Positions 1-8,847 of a stretch of DNA of 64,000 bases are shown in pieces; position 1 is the first letter of the stretch, and every line of letters starts with the position of its first letter. Both the position numbers and the translations under genes were made by a program. The notes beneath the pieces were generated by a model. It searched no databases. It saw nothing but the letters and a program-made list of their open reading frames with translations, and had not been told where the DNA came from. Source of the stretch: an uncultured Actinomycetota bacterium (GTDB taxonomy: Bacteria > Actinomycetota > Actinomycetes > Mycobacteriales > Mycobacteriaceae); NCBI GenBank assembly GCA_963791535.1, contig CAWBSW010000040.1, forward strand, positions 62,860-126,859, in the 5' to 3' direction.

Positions 1-139
1 TCGTTGGTAGCACTTAGGAAACAGCTATGAATCGGCGTCTGGCCTGCTCAGAGCGGGCTCACAGAGTCGACCGTCACGAAACATAGCGAAGTCACAGGCG
101 CGTCGGTGGAACCTCGCTTGCCCGGCAACCGATACTGAA

Positions 140-2788
140 ATGGTGAGTCGACCATCCCCGCCCATGCTGACCATTTGGCACGACGGGTCGCAACATACGT
201 TTACCGCGGGCCATGACGTGGTTATCGGACGCGACGGGGATGCCGATATCCGGATTGTCGATCCGCGGATCTCCCGCGAGCATCTGATCCTGCGCTTCGA
301 GCAGGGCAAGTGGCTTGCGATCGATAACGGCTCGGTGAACGGGACGTTCGTCAACGGCTACCGCAGGCCGGTGATCGACATTCACGACGGCCAAAGCATC
401 AACATCGGCAACGCCGGCGGACCGCAGCTCAGCTTCGAGGTCGGACAGCATCGCGCAAAGGCAGGGCGACCGCCGCGGGCCACGGAGCCGTCGACCGTCT
501 CGTGGTCGACGCCTCCCCCGCCCGGCCCGCCCCGTGCACAGCCACCAGGCCCGGCCGGCGGCTCGCGACGGGGCGGGCCCAGGCCCCCTCAATCGCCTGC
601 GCCGCGCCAGCCGCGGGCTTCGCACCCGCGGAACACGCCCCCACAGCCGGTCTACGAACATCCGACCGACGTGCATGTGTCACGGCGACCGCCGACTCCG
701 CCGCCGGCGGAGATCACGGTGGTCAACGCGGGTTCGGCGCCGCCCCGGGAAACCGTGGCACCCACGGAGATGACCGTCGTCGCAGCGCGCTCCGGCGACG
801 TGTCGAATCTTGCGACCAGGTTTGTGAAGTTCCTCTCGCAGCGATCAGTGGCACCGGCGAAACAGGCCGGCTCGGTCACCATCGGTCGCGCCGGCGACAA
901 CGACATCGTCGTTCCCGACGTGCTGGCCTCCCGCCACCACGCCACGTTGGTCCTCACGCCGCTGGGCACCGAGATCCAGGACCGCAGCGTCAATGGGACG
1001 TTCGTCAACGGCACCCGGGTCGGTTCGGCGATCTTGAGCGAAGGTGACGTCGTCACCATCGGGAACGTCGACCTGGTCGTCAGCGGTGGCATGTTGGTGC
1101 CCCGCAGCGAGACCGAAGCCGCGACGCGCACCGGCGGTCTGGAGGTACGCGGCGTCGAGTACGTCGTCGACAACGGCAAACAATTGCTGGACAACATCTC
1201 GCTGACCGCACGTCCCGGAACGCTGACCGCCGTGATCGGCGGATCGGGTGCCGGCAAGAGCACGCTGGCCAGGCTGATCGCCGGCTACACAACGCCGAGC
1301 TCCGGCTCGGTCACCTTCGAGGGCCACGACGTCCACGCCGAATACGCGTCGCTGCGCAGCCGGATCGGCATGGTCCCCCAAGACGACGTCGTGCACCGCC
1401 AGCTGACGGTGAACCAGGCGCTGGGTTACGCCGCCGAACTGCGGCTGCCGCCCGACACCACGAAGGCCGACCGCGCCAAGGTCGTCAACGACGTGCTCAA
1501 AGAACTCGACCTGACCAAGCATGCCGATACCCGGGTCGACAAGCTGTCCGGCGGTCAGCGCAAACGGGCGTCGGTGGCACTCGAGCTGCTGACCGGACCG
1601 TCCCTGTTGATCCTCGACGAGCCGACGTCGGGTCTGGATCCGGCGCTGGACCACCAGGTCATGACGATGCTGCGCCAACTGGCCGACGCCGGCCGGGTGG
1701 TGATCGTGGTGACGCACATGCTGTCCTATCTCGACACCTGCGACCAGCTGCTGTTGGTGGCCCCCGGCGGCAAGACGGCGTACTGCGGCCCGCCGGACCA
1801 GATCGGTGATGCGATGGGCACCACCAACTGGGCCAAGATCTTCAGCCAAGTGGGCGCCGATCCCGAGGAGGCCAACCGCCGCTTCCTCGAGCGAGACCAA
1901 GGGCCGCCACCCGCGCAGACGGACCAGCCCGCCGACCTCGGCAAACCGGTTCACACCAGCCTGCGCCGCCAAATTTCGACGATCGCCCGCCGACAGGTCC
2001 GGCTGGTCGTGGCCGACCGCGCGTACTTCGTCTTCCTGGCCTTGTTGCCGTTCATCCTGGGTGCGCTGTCGCTGACCGTTCCGGGCACCAGCGGATTCGG
2101 CATACCCGGGCCACACGCGGGCACCCCGGACGAATCCGCGCAGATATTGGCCCTGCTGCTGCCGGCGGCGGCCTTCATGGGCACCGCGCTGACAATCCGC
2201 GACCTGGTTGGCGAGCGAGCCGTCTTCCAACGCGAGCAGGCGGTCGGCCTCTCGACGACGGCCTACCTGCTCGCCAAAACAGCGGTGTTCTGCGGGTTCG
2301 CGGTCCTGCAGTCGGCGATCATCACCGCGATCGTGATGGTCGGTAAGGGCATACCGACCCGCGGCGCGGTGCTGATCGGACACTCCAACCTCGCCGCCAC
2401 CGTCGAGCTGTTCGCGACGGTAGCGGCAACGTGTGTCGCCTCGGCGATCCTCGGCCTGGCCATCTCGGCGTTGGTTCGGTCCAGTGAGCAGATCATGCCG
2501 CTATTTGTGGTGGCGGTGATGGCCCAGCTCGTGCTGTGCGGCGGGATGGTCCCGGTGACCGGCAGGCTGGGCCTCGATCAACTGTCCTGGTTGATGCCGG
2601 CGCGCTGGGGCTACGCCGCGGCGTCGTCGACGGTCGACGTACGGCACCTGGTGCCCAGTTCGCTGCTCCCCCAAGACCGGTTCTGGCAGCACACGCGGAA
2701 GGTCTGGCTGTTCGACATGGGCATGCTGGCCGCGCTGGCCGTGTTCTACGCCGGCTTTGTGCGCTGGAAGATCCGGCTCCGCCGCTGA
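140..2788 (+). CDS. FHA-domain ABC transporter (Rv1747-like: two FHA domains, Pro-rich linker, ATPase, ABC-2 permease)
   Basis: Two FHA motifs (IGR...SR.H...NGTFVNG), Walker A GGSGAGKS, LSGGQ signature, LILDEP, C-terminal TM helices. Confidence 0.92.
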   Translation: MVSRPSPPMLTIWHDGSQHTFTAGHDVVIGRDGDADIRIVDPRISREHLILRFEQGKWLAIDNGSVNGTFVNGYRRPVIDIHDGQSINIGNAGGPQLSFEVGQHRAKAGRPPRATEPSTVSWSTPPPPGPPRAQPPGPAGGSRRGGPRPPQSPAPRQPRASHPRNTPPQPVYEHPTDVHVSRRPPTPPPAEITVVNAGSAPPRETVAPTEMTVVAARSGDVSNLATRFVKFLSQRSVAPAKQAGSVTIGRAGDNDIVVPDVLASRHHATLVLTPLGTEIQDRSVNGTFVNGTRVGSAILSEGDVVTIGNVDLVVSGGMLVPRSETEAATRTGGLEVRGVEYVVDNGKQLLDNISLTARPGTLTAVIGGSGAGKSTLARLIAGYTTPSSGSVTFEGHDVHAEYASLRSRIGMVPQDDVVHRQLTVNQALGYAAELRLPPDTTKADRAKVVNDVLKELDLTKHADTRVDKLSGGQRKRASVALELLTGPSLLILDEPTSGLDPALDHQVMTMLRQLADAGRVVIVVTHMLSYLDTCDQLLLVAPGGKTAYCGPPDQIGDAMGTTNWAKIFSQVGADPEEANRRFLERDQGPPPAQTDQPADLGKPVHTSLRRQISTIARRQVRLVVADRAYFVFLALLPFILGALSLTVPGTSGFGIPGPHAGTPDESAQILALLLPAAAFMGTALTIRDLVGERAVFQREQAVGLSTTAYLLAKTAVFCGFAVLQSAIITAIVMVGKGIPTRGAVLIGHSNLAATVELFATVAATCVASAILGLAISALVRSSEQIMPLFVVAVMAQLVLCGGMVPVTGRLGLDQLSWLMPARWGYAAASSTVDVRHLVPSSLLPQDRFWQHTRKVWLFDMGMLAALAVFYAGFVRWKIRLRR

Positions 2789-2806
2789 TTCCGGTCAGGT
2801 GACGTC

Positions 2807-3307
2807 ATCCATCCGCCCAAGCACGAGACGTTCGACCTCAACGCCCGCACCAACACCGATCCCAAAGGCATCGTGCGGGCAGTCGATGACTACGTTGTGC
2901 GTCCGTGGGGCCTCTACCTGGCCCGCCCGACGCCCGGCCGCAAGCAGTTCCACTACCTCGAGTCGTGGTTGCTGCCCTCGCTGGGTTTGCGGGCGACGAT
3001 CTTTCATTTCAACCCCGGCCACGAACGCGATCACGACTATTACCTCGACGTCGGCGAATACACGCCCGGTCCATCCGTGTGGCGTTCCGAAGACCACTAC
3101 CTCGATCTCGAGGTCCGCACCAACGCCGGGGTGGATTTGGCCGACGTCGACGAGCTGCTGGACGCGGTTCGGCATGGCCTGCTGACGCCCGAGGTGGGCG
3201 AGCAGGCGATACGGCGGGCGGTCGGGGCCGTCGACGGTCTCTCCCGACACGGTTACGACCTACAGCGTTGGCTCGCCACCGAGGGCATGCAGCTGGTATG
3301 GCGGTGA
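2807..3307 (+). CDS. DUF402 family protein (Rv1632c-like); start uncertain (ATC 2807 or GTG 2873)
   Basis: RAVDDYVVRPWGLYLARP...DHYLDLEVR resembles Rv1632c; position next to coaE; frame is open back to 2789. Confidence 0.8.
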   Translation: MHPPKHETFDLNARTNTDPKGIVRAVDDYVVRPWGLYLARPTPGRKQFHYLESWLLPSLGLRATIFHFNPGHERDHDYYLDVGEYTPGPSVWRSEDHYLDLEVRTNAGVDLADVDELLDAVRHGLLTPEVGEQAIRRAVGAVDGLSRHGYDLQRWLATEGMQLVWR

Positions 3308-3336
3308 AGATCGTAACCTGTTGCAGTACAACGGGC

Positions 3337-3819
3337 TTAGACTGCAAGCAAGCGCTCGAAGAACTCCCGGTAGTGCATCAGGGCCAGGCGTAGGTCCTCG
3401 GTGGAGGCCTCCTCACCGCGATTCCACTGCTCTTCCAGATGCGACCGCGTCTCGGCGAATCCAGCCGTGAGCTGCTCGACCAGATCGGAGACCAAGCCGT
3501 CCGCCTTCTGGACGCACTGTTTGGGATCATCGACGAAGGCCGCCTGAACGCCGGCCCATCGACCACGCAGCTCAGCGAGATTGTCGCCGGCAAAAAGCAC
3601 TCCGGCTGCCGACGATTCGTGTTCTGCCCCGGCTGCCGACGATTCGTGTTCTGCCCCGGCTGCCGACGGTTCGTGTTCTGCCCTCGACGGCTCCGCACCT
3701 TGATGATCCTCGGCACTGGGTACCGCTGTGTCGGTAACCGGTGCCGGTTCGGGCGTAACGGCCGTGCTCTCGTCCTCAACGTGCGAATCGGTCACTGTTT
3801 GTTGTTCATGCGTGGTCAT
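3337..3819 (-). CDS. Conserved actinobacterial hypothetical protein (RW..VQA.FVDDP...ADGLV...TEDLR motif)
   Basis: ATG 3819 with GGAGGAG SD; overlaps stop of upstream paralogue-like gene. Confidence 0.75.
   Translation of the reverse strand: MTTHEQQTVTDSHVEDESTAVTPEPAPVTDTAVPSAEDHQGAEPSRAEHEPSAAGAEHESSAAGAEHESSAAGVLFAGDNLAELRGRWAGVQAAFVDDPKQCVQKADGLVSDLVEQLTAGFAETRSHLEEQWNRGEEASTEDLRLALMHYREFFERLLAV
3602..3682. repeat. 27-bp tandem repeat x3 (in-frame, AEHE(S/P)SAAG)
   Basis: CCGGCTGCCGACGATTCGTGTTCTGCC at 3602, 3629 and 3656 (one mismatch in the third copy). Confidence 0.95.
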
Positions 3820-4393
3820 GGGCTTGCTCCTCCTGCGATTCGGTCTTGTCGGTCTTGTCGGTCTCCAGCAACGTTTCGAACAGCGCCCGGTAGTGCACGA
3901 ACGCCTCCCGCTGCTGCTCGGTGTTGGCGTGCTGCTGCGAGATATGGACACCGTGGGCGGCTCGGTAGTTCTCGACAATCTGCGGGTGGTCCACCGAGAT
4001 GTCTGCGGCCCGCTGGTCGAAATCGTCGACGGGATAACCGCGTTGACGCATCACCTCGGTTACCAAACGGTCGGCGACACCGACGGCCGTTGCGGGGTTG
4101 TCCACAAACTCGGCCTGTACCTTTTGCCAGCGGCCGGCGAAATCCGAAAGCGCCGAGGGCGTCAACGGAACGATGTCGAGCTTGCCATGCTCGCGTTCTC
4201 GCGTAGTGAGTTCCCGAACGGCACCTTTCTCGCTTCCGGTGTCGGATACCAGCCGCTCGTACTCACCGCCGTAGTGCTGTTTGAGCCGCTTCGTTTTGAT
4301 GCGAAAGCTGACCATGCTTATTGCGACAATCGCCGCGACAACCACCAGGACGGCGGCGGCAGCGATGCAGATCCATTCCCAAGTGGGCATCAC
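3806..4393 (-). CDS. Membrane-anchored hypothetical protein sharing the RW..VQA.FVD.P motif
   Basis: N-terminal TM helix, AGGAG SD, 195 aa. Confidence 0.8.
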   Translation of the reverse strand: MMPTWEWICIAAAAVLVVVAAIVAISMVSFRIKTKRLKQHYGGEYERLVSDTGSEKGAVRELTTREREHGKLDIVPLTPSALSDFAGRWQKVQAEFVDNPATAVGVADRLVTEVMRQRGYPVDDFDQRAADISVDHPQIVENYRAAHGVHISQQHANTEQQREAFVHYRALFETLLETDKTDKTESQEEQAHDHA

Positions 4394-4501
4394 AGACTCC
4401 TTTCTGACAACCGTCTAATAACCCGAACGGCGCGTTCGCAAACCTCTTTTTGTGATTTGTGGCACAACGAGTGATGTTGAGCGGACGTGTTTTCCGGCAG
4501 T

Positions 4502-4657
4502 TCAGAAGTAGTGCCGACGGCCGCCGATGGCCCGTCCGGTGCTGCCCAGGATTGCCAGGAGTGCGCCGACGACGAGCAACAGGATTCCAAAGGTCCACAG
4601 GATGGAGATCTTGAGTAGAAATCCCGCGACTAGCAAGACGATGCCCAGAATGATCAT
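4502..4657 (-). CDS. Small membrane protein, DUF6131-like (MIILGIVLLVAGFLLKISILWTFG...GGRRHYF), 51 aa
   Basis: Hand-translated (below the ORF-track cutoff); AGGAAGG SD; characteristic GGRRHYF terminus. Confidence 0.8.
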   Translation of the reverse strand: MIILGIVLLVAGFLLKISILWTFGILLLVVGALLAILGSTGRAIGGRRHYF

Positions 4658-4720
4658 GTTTGACCTTCCTCAGATGATGGTTGACGGATGTTCGGGTCCG
4701 TCGGCCCGAGACCAGTCGAC

Positions 4721-4759
4721 CACCCGTAAGGGGGGTAGCAATACACCCCTAGGGAGGTA
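4721..4759. promoter_or_regulatory. Two imperfect palindromic boxes, candidate NarL/LuxR-type operator
   Basis: CACCCGTAAGGGGGGTA (4721-4737) and CACCCCTAGGGAGGTA (4744-4759) between divergent genes. Confidence 0.4.
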
Positions 4760-4770
4760 ATCTCCTCGGC

Positions 4771-5439
4771 ATGCCACAACCATCTCGCGCGCCGATCACC
4801 GTCGCGCTCGTCGACGACTATGACGTTGTCGTCAAGGGTGTGGCCAACATGCTGCAGCCGTATCGCGACCGCGTAGTGATCGCGGAACTGGACTCCACCA
4901 TGTCCGTCAAAGATGCGGTCGACATCGTGCTGTACGACTCATTCGCCCAACCCGAATCCGATCACGAAGAGATCGGGGTACTGGTGGCTAATCCGCGGGC
5001 ACGCCGAGTTGTGGTCTACACCTGGAACTTTCACCCCGAACTCGTTCAAAGCGCGCGAAGCCACGGCGCCCAGGGGTATCTGTCGAAGACCCTGCCCGCG
5101 CGCGAGCTGGTCGCGGCCTTGGAGGCCGTGCATGCCGGTGAAGTGGTCGTCAGCGACGTAGGAGCACGAGCACGTAGCGCGCCCGGGCTGGACTGGCCCG
5201 GCCGCGGTGAAGGGCTCAGCGAACGCGAGGCGGAGATTCTGGCACTGATCACCCAGGGCATGAGCAACGCCGACGTCGCGCGGCTAACGTACCTGAGCCC
5301 AAACACTGTGAAGTCCTACATTCGGACGATCTATCGCAAGCTGGGTGTGAGCAGTCGCACTCAAGCCGTGCTATGGGGTGTGAACCACGGGTTCACGCCC
5401 GACCACCACCGCATCGAGCACTGGCGCGGCGGTCCCTAG
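4771..5439 (+). CDS. NarL/LuxR-family response regulator (no adjacent kinase)
   Basis: Receiver domain (LVDD, VLYD, GYLSK) plus LSEREAEIL...TVKSY HTH. Confidence 0.92.
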   Translation: MPQPSRAPITVALVDDYDVVVKGVANMLQPYRDRVVIAELDSTMSVKDAVDIVLYDSFAQPESDHEEIGVLVANPRARRVVVYTWNFHPELVQSARSHGAQGYLSKTLPARELVAALEAVHAGEVVVSDVGARARSAPGLDWPGRGEGLSEREAEILALITQGMSNADVARLTYLSPNTVKSYIRTIYRKLGVSSRTQAVLWGVNHGFTPDHHRIEHWRGGP

Positions 5440-5564
5440 CGTCTCCCTCCGCGCCAGCGGATAACCCTCCATCCGGCCGCATGCTCGACGAGTTGGCGTG
5501 ACCGCAATAACGTTTGCCGGCAACGACGTGCCCGCCCAAAACGCGTCGCGTAATCTCTGCTGTC

Positions 5565-5984
5565 ATGAGCTCCACCATGCACACATGGGTCGCAATCGTC
5601 GCTTTGGCCGGCGCTGCGATCAGCTCGCAGTTAACTCCCGCGACCGCGCGGGCCGACCTGCACAACATCACCTACCGGGCCCGCGTCGACGGAGTGGCCC
5701 CCGGCAGCCAAGCCACCTTCGTGACCAACGTCAACCAAACGAACACCGCCTCGTTGAGCTCGATGCCAGGCAACGGTTTCGAGGCCAGCGCGGTGCTGCC
5801 CGATCCCAATCAAGCCGGCATGCAAGTGTCGGTCCGGTGGCCTTATGCGGCGAACGTGCATTGCGAGATCGACGTGGACGGCAACGTTGCCACGCAAGTC
5901 GATCATTTCGTCCAGCCGGCCGCGGGGAGCACCGACCCGATGAACGGCGTGCTGCCCTGCGGCGCGCCCCTGCCTAACCCGTAG
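5565..5984 (+). CDS. Secreted mycobacterial hypothetical protein
   Basis: Signal peptide ending ARA-D; HCEIDVDG motif and C-terminal Cys. Confidence 0.7.
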   Translation: MSSTMHTWVAIVALAGAAISSQLTPATARADLHNITYRARVDGVAPGSQATFVTNVNQTNTASLSSMPGNGFEASAVLPDPNQAGMQVSVRWPYAANVHCEIDVDGNVATQVDHFVQPAAGSTDPMNGVLPCGAPLPNP

Positions 5985-5986
5985 GC

Positions 5987-7208
5987 CTACGGCCGCCAGC
6001 CTGCGCTGTCGGCCCAGTCCCACGCTCGGCGGTATGCCTCCCGGAACCACGGCTCCTTGACACCGAGATAACGCTCGATGTCTCCGTCCGGGGATGCTTC
6101 CTGCGCCGCATGGCGTTTGACGGCCAGGTACTCGTCGCGGACGTCGGGGTCGGCTTTCAGCCAGTCGACAAACAGCAGGGCGAATTGCTGATTGGGCCAG
6201 CCGGCCACCCGTAGGTGGACGAATGTCGGGCGGCCGGGATCTGCCGACGCGAAAAGCCGCTTGTCCCACAGCGTCGCATCGTCGCTGTGGTCGAAGCGTT
6301 CCGCGGTGCTGCGGGCGTCGCGCTTAACGACGTCGCTGGTGACGTCGCTCGATGCGTGGGTAACCCGCGGACCGCAACGCGGCGGCGAGTTCGTCGGCCG
6401 CAGTGAGCGATTCGACGGTGACTTGAATGTCGATGGCGTCCTTGGCGTCCAGCCCCGGAACCGCGGTGGAACCGATGTGGTCGACACGCAACGCCTTTGC
6501 CCCACAAGCGGTCTTGAGGCGGGCGACGATGCGCGCAGCCTGGTCGGGCCAGGCCGGGTCGGCAGCCACCAGCCGGGCAGGCGGACGAACAACGTTGCCG
6601 GCACTGAGGTTGGCGGCGAACGGCGCGATGCGGTCGTCCCACACCTCACGTGCACGCTTGGTCAGCTCCTCCGGAGTACCCGAATTGTCCAGCCAGACAT
6701 CGGCGACGGCCCGACGCTGCTCGTCAGCGGCCTGCGCCGCGATGCGGGCGCGAGCATCGTCCTCGGCCATACCGCGTTGCCCGACCAGCCGCGCCACCCG
6801 CAGTTCCGCGTCGGCAAAAACCACGACAACCAACGGGAACATCGGGGCCATCCCGGACTCCACCAACAGTGGAATGTCTTCCACCACAACCGAATCTTCC
6901 GGGACGGCGGCGATCAGCTCGGCGCGACGCTTACCCACCAGCGGATGAACGATCCCATTGAGAACGGCGCGCGTCGCGTCATCTTGGAATGCCTTGGCAG
7001 CCAACGCCGGACGATTCAACGCGCCGTCGGGCAACAGAATGTCATCACCGAACGCGTCGACGAGCGCGGCCAGTCCCTCGGTGCCGGGCTCGACCACCTC
7101 GCGGGCGATCACGTCGCCGTCGACAACGACCCCGCCGCACTGCGAAAACGTGGCCGAAACCGCCGACTTACCGGCGCCGATGCCGCCGGTCAGCCCGATC
7201 CGAAGCAT
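5987..7208 (-). CDS. coaE: Dephospho-CoA kinase with C-terminal GrpB/UPF0157 domain; apparent +1 frameshift near 6345
   Basis: MLRIGLTGGIGAGKS; DHIGSTAVPGLDAKD; C-terminal part continues in a second frame (5987-6345). Confidence 0.93.
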
Positions 7209-7224
7209 CGATGGCTACGCCGGG

Positions 7225-8661
7225 TTAGGCGCTACCGGCGAGCTTCTCCCGGAGCGCGGCGAGTTGCGCGTCGCTGGCCAGCGAGCCACCCTGCGGCTCT
7301 TCACCCGACGAGCCGTTGGCCTGCGGCCGCTCGGCAGCGGCGGCCTCGGCTGCGGCGAATTTCTCCATCTGCGCGGTGTGCATCTTGTGCCGGCGCTCGG
7401 CCTCCGCGTAGCGGGCTTCCCACTCGGTGCGCTGCGTGTCGAAACCCTCGAGCCACTCGTTGGTGTCGGGGTCGAAGCCCTCCGGGAAGATGTAGTTGCC
7501 CTGCTCGTCGTAGCTGTCGGCCATGCCGTACTTGGCCGGGTCGAATTCCTCGGTGTAGTCCTCGTTGGCCTGCTTGAGCGACAACGAGATACGGCGACGC
7601 TCGAGGTCGATGTCGATGACCTTGACCATCGCGTCGTCGCCGACGGCGACCACCTGGTCGGGCACCTCGACGTGACGCTCGGCCAGCTCGGAGATGTGCA
7701 CCAGGCCCTCGATGCCCTCCTCGACGCGGACGAACGCACCGAACGGCACCAGCTTGGTGACCTTGCCGGGCACGATCTGACCGATGGCGTGGGTGCGGGC
7801 GAAGTGCCGCCACGGGTCTTCCTGAGTCGCCTTGAGCGACAACGAGACCCGCTCGCGGTCCATGTCGACGTCGAGCACCTCGACGGTGACCTCGTCGCCG
7901 ACCTGAACCACCTCGGAGGGGTGGTCGATGTGCTTCCAGGACAGCTCGGAGACGTGCACCAGACCGTCGACGCCGCCGAGATCGACGAATGCGCCGAAGT
8001 TGACGATCGAGGACACCACACCCTTGCGGATGGCGCCCTTCTGCAGCTGGTTGAGGAACTCGCTGCGGACCTCGGACTGGGTCTGCTCGAGCCAGGCGCG
8101 GCGGGACAGCACCACGTTGTTGCGGTTCTTGTCCAGCTCGATGATCTTGGCTTCGATCTCCTTGCCGATGTACGGCTGCAGGTCGCGGACGCGTCGCATC
8201 TCGACCAGCGAGGCGGGCAGGAAGCCGCGCAGCCCGATGTCGAGGATCAGGCCGCCCTTGACGACCTCGATGACGGTGCCTTTGACGGCCTCGTCCTTCT
8301 CCTTGAGCTCCTCGATGGTGCCCCAGGCGCGCTCGTACTGCGCGCGCTTCTTGGACAGGATCAGCCGGCCTTCTTTGTCCTCTTTGGTGAGGACCAGGGC
8401 TTCGACTTCATCGCCCACGGAAACGACCTCATTGGGGTCGACGTCGTGCTTGATGGACAGTTCGCGGGAGGGGATGACCCCTTCGGTCTTGTAGCCGATG
8501 TCGAGCAGGACCTCGTCCCGGTCAACCTTGACGATTGTCCCTTCGACGATGTCGCCATCGTTGAAGTACTTGATTGTTTTGTCGATGGCGGCGAGAAAAT
8601 CCTCGCTCGAGCCAATGTCGTTGACGGCTACTTGCGGCGAGGTGACGGTGGGACTCGGCAT
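7225..8661 (-). CDS. rpsA: 30S ribosomal protein S1
   Basis: MPSPTVTSPQVAVNDIGSSEDFL, four S1 domains. Confidence 0.99.
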   Translation of the reverse strand: MPSPTVTSPQVAVNDIGSSEDFLAAIDKTIKYFNDGDIVEGTIVKVDRDEVLLDIGYKTEGVIPSRELSIKHDVDPNEVVSVGDEVEALVLTKEDKEGRLILSKKRAQYERAWGTIEELKEKDEAVKGTVIEVVKGGLILDIGLRGFLPASLVEMRRVRDLQPYIGKEIEAKIIELDKNRNNVVLSRRAWLEQTQSEVRSEFLNQLQKGAIRKGVVSSIVNFGAFVDLGGVDGLVHVSELSWKHIDHPSEVVQVGDEVTVEVLDVDMDRERVSLSLKATQEDPWRHFARTHAIGQIVPGKVTKLVPFGAFVRVEEGIEGLVHISELAERHVEVPDQVVAVGDDAMVKVIDIDLERRRISLSLKQANEDYTEEFDPAKYGMADSYDEQGNYIFPEGFDPDTNEWLEGFDTQRTEWEARYAEAERRHKMHTAQMEKFAAAEAAAAERPQANGSSGEEPQGGSLASDAQLAALREKLAGSA

Positions 8662-8704
8662 ATTGTTGGGTTGCTCCGGACAGGTTGGGGTCGTAGGGAT
8701 AAAG

Positions 8705-8730
8705 CGGGTTACCTAACGGGTTACCTAACG
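8705..8730. repeat. 12-bp tandem duplication in the rpsA leader
   Basis: CGGGTTACCTAA x2. Confidence 0.85.
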
Positions 8731-8847
8731 AGGCTACTCGACGTGGCACACGCTGGCCAAACTCGCCCCATCTGGGCCGACCGTCAAGTCACCACGAAAA
8801 AATCACCGAAATTCCGGCAGCGAGTTCACCCAAGATGTAATCGGCCG

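Noticed and set aside
3602-3682. 27-bp repeats as CRISPR
   Set aside because: Head-to-tail with no spacers; in-frame coding VNTR.
6324-6360. Programmed frameshift or split coaE
   Set aside because: No slippery sequence; the assembly shows many similar single-base indels.
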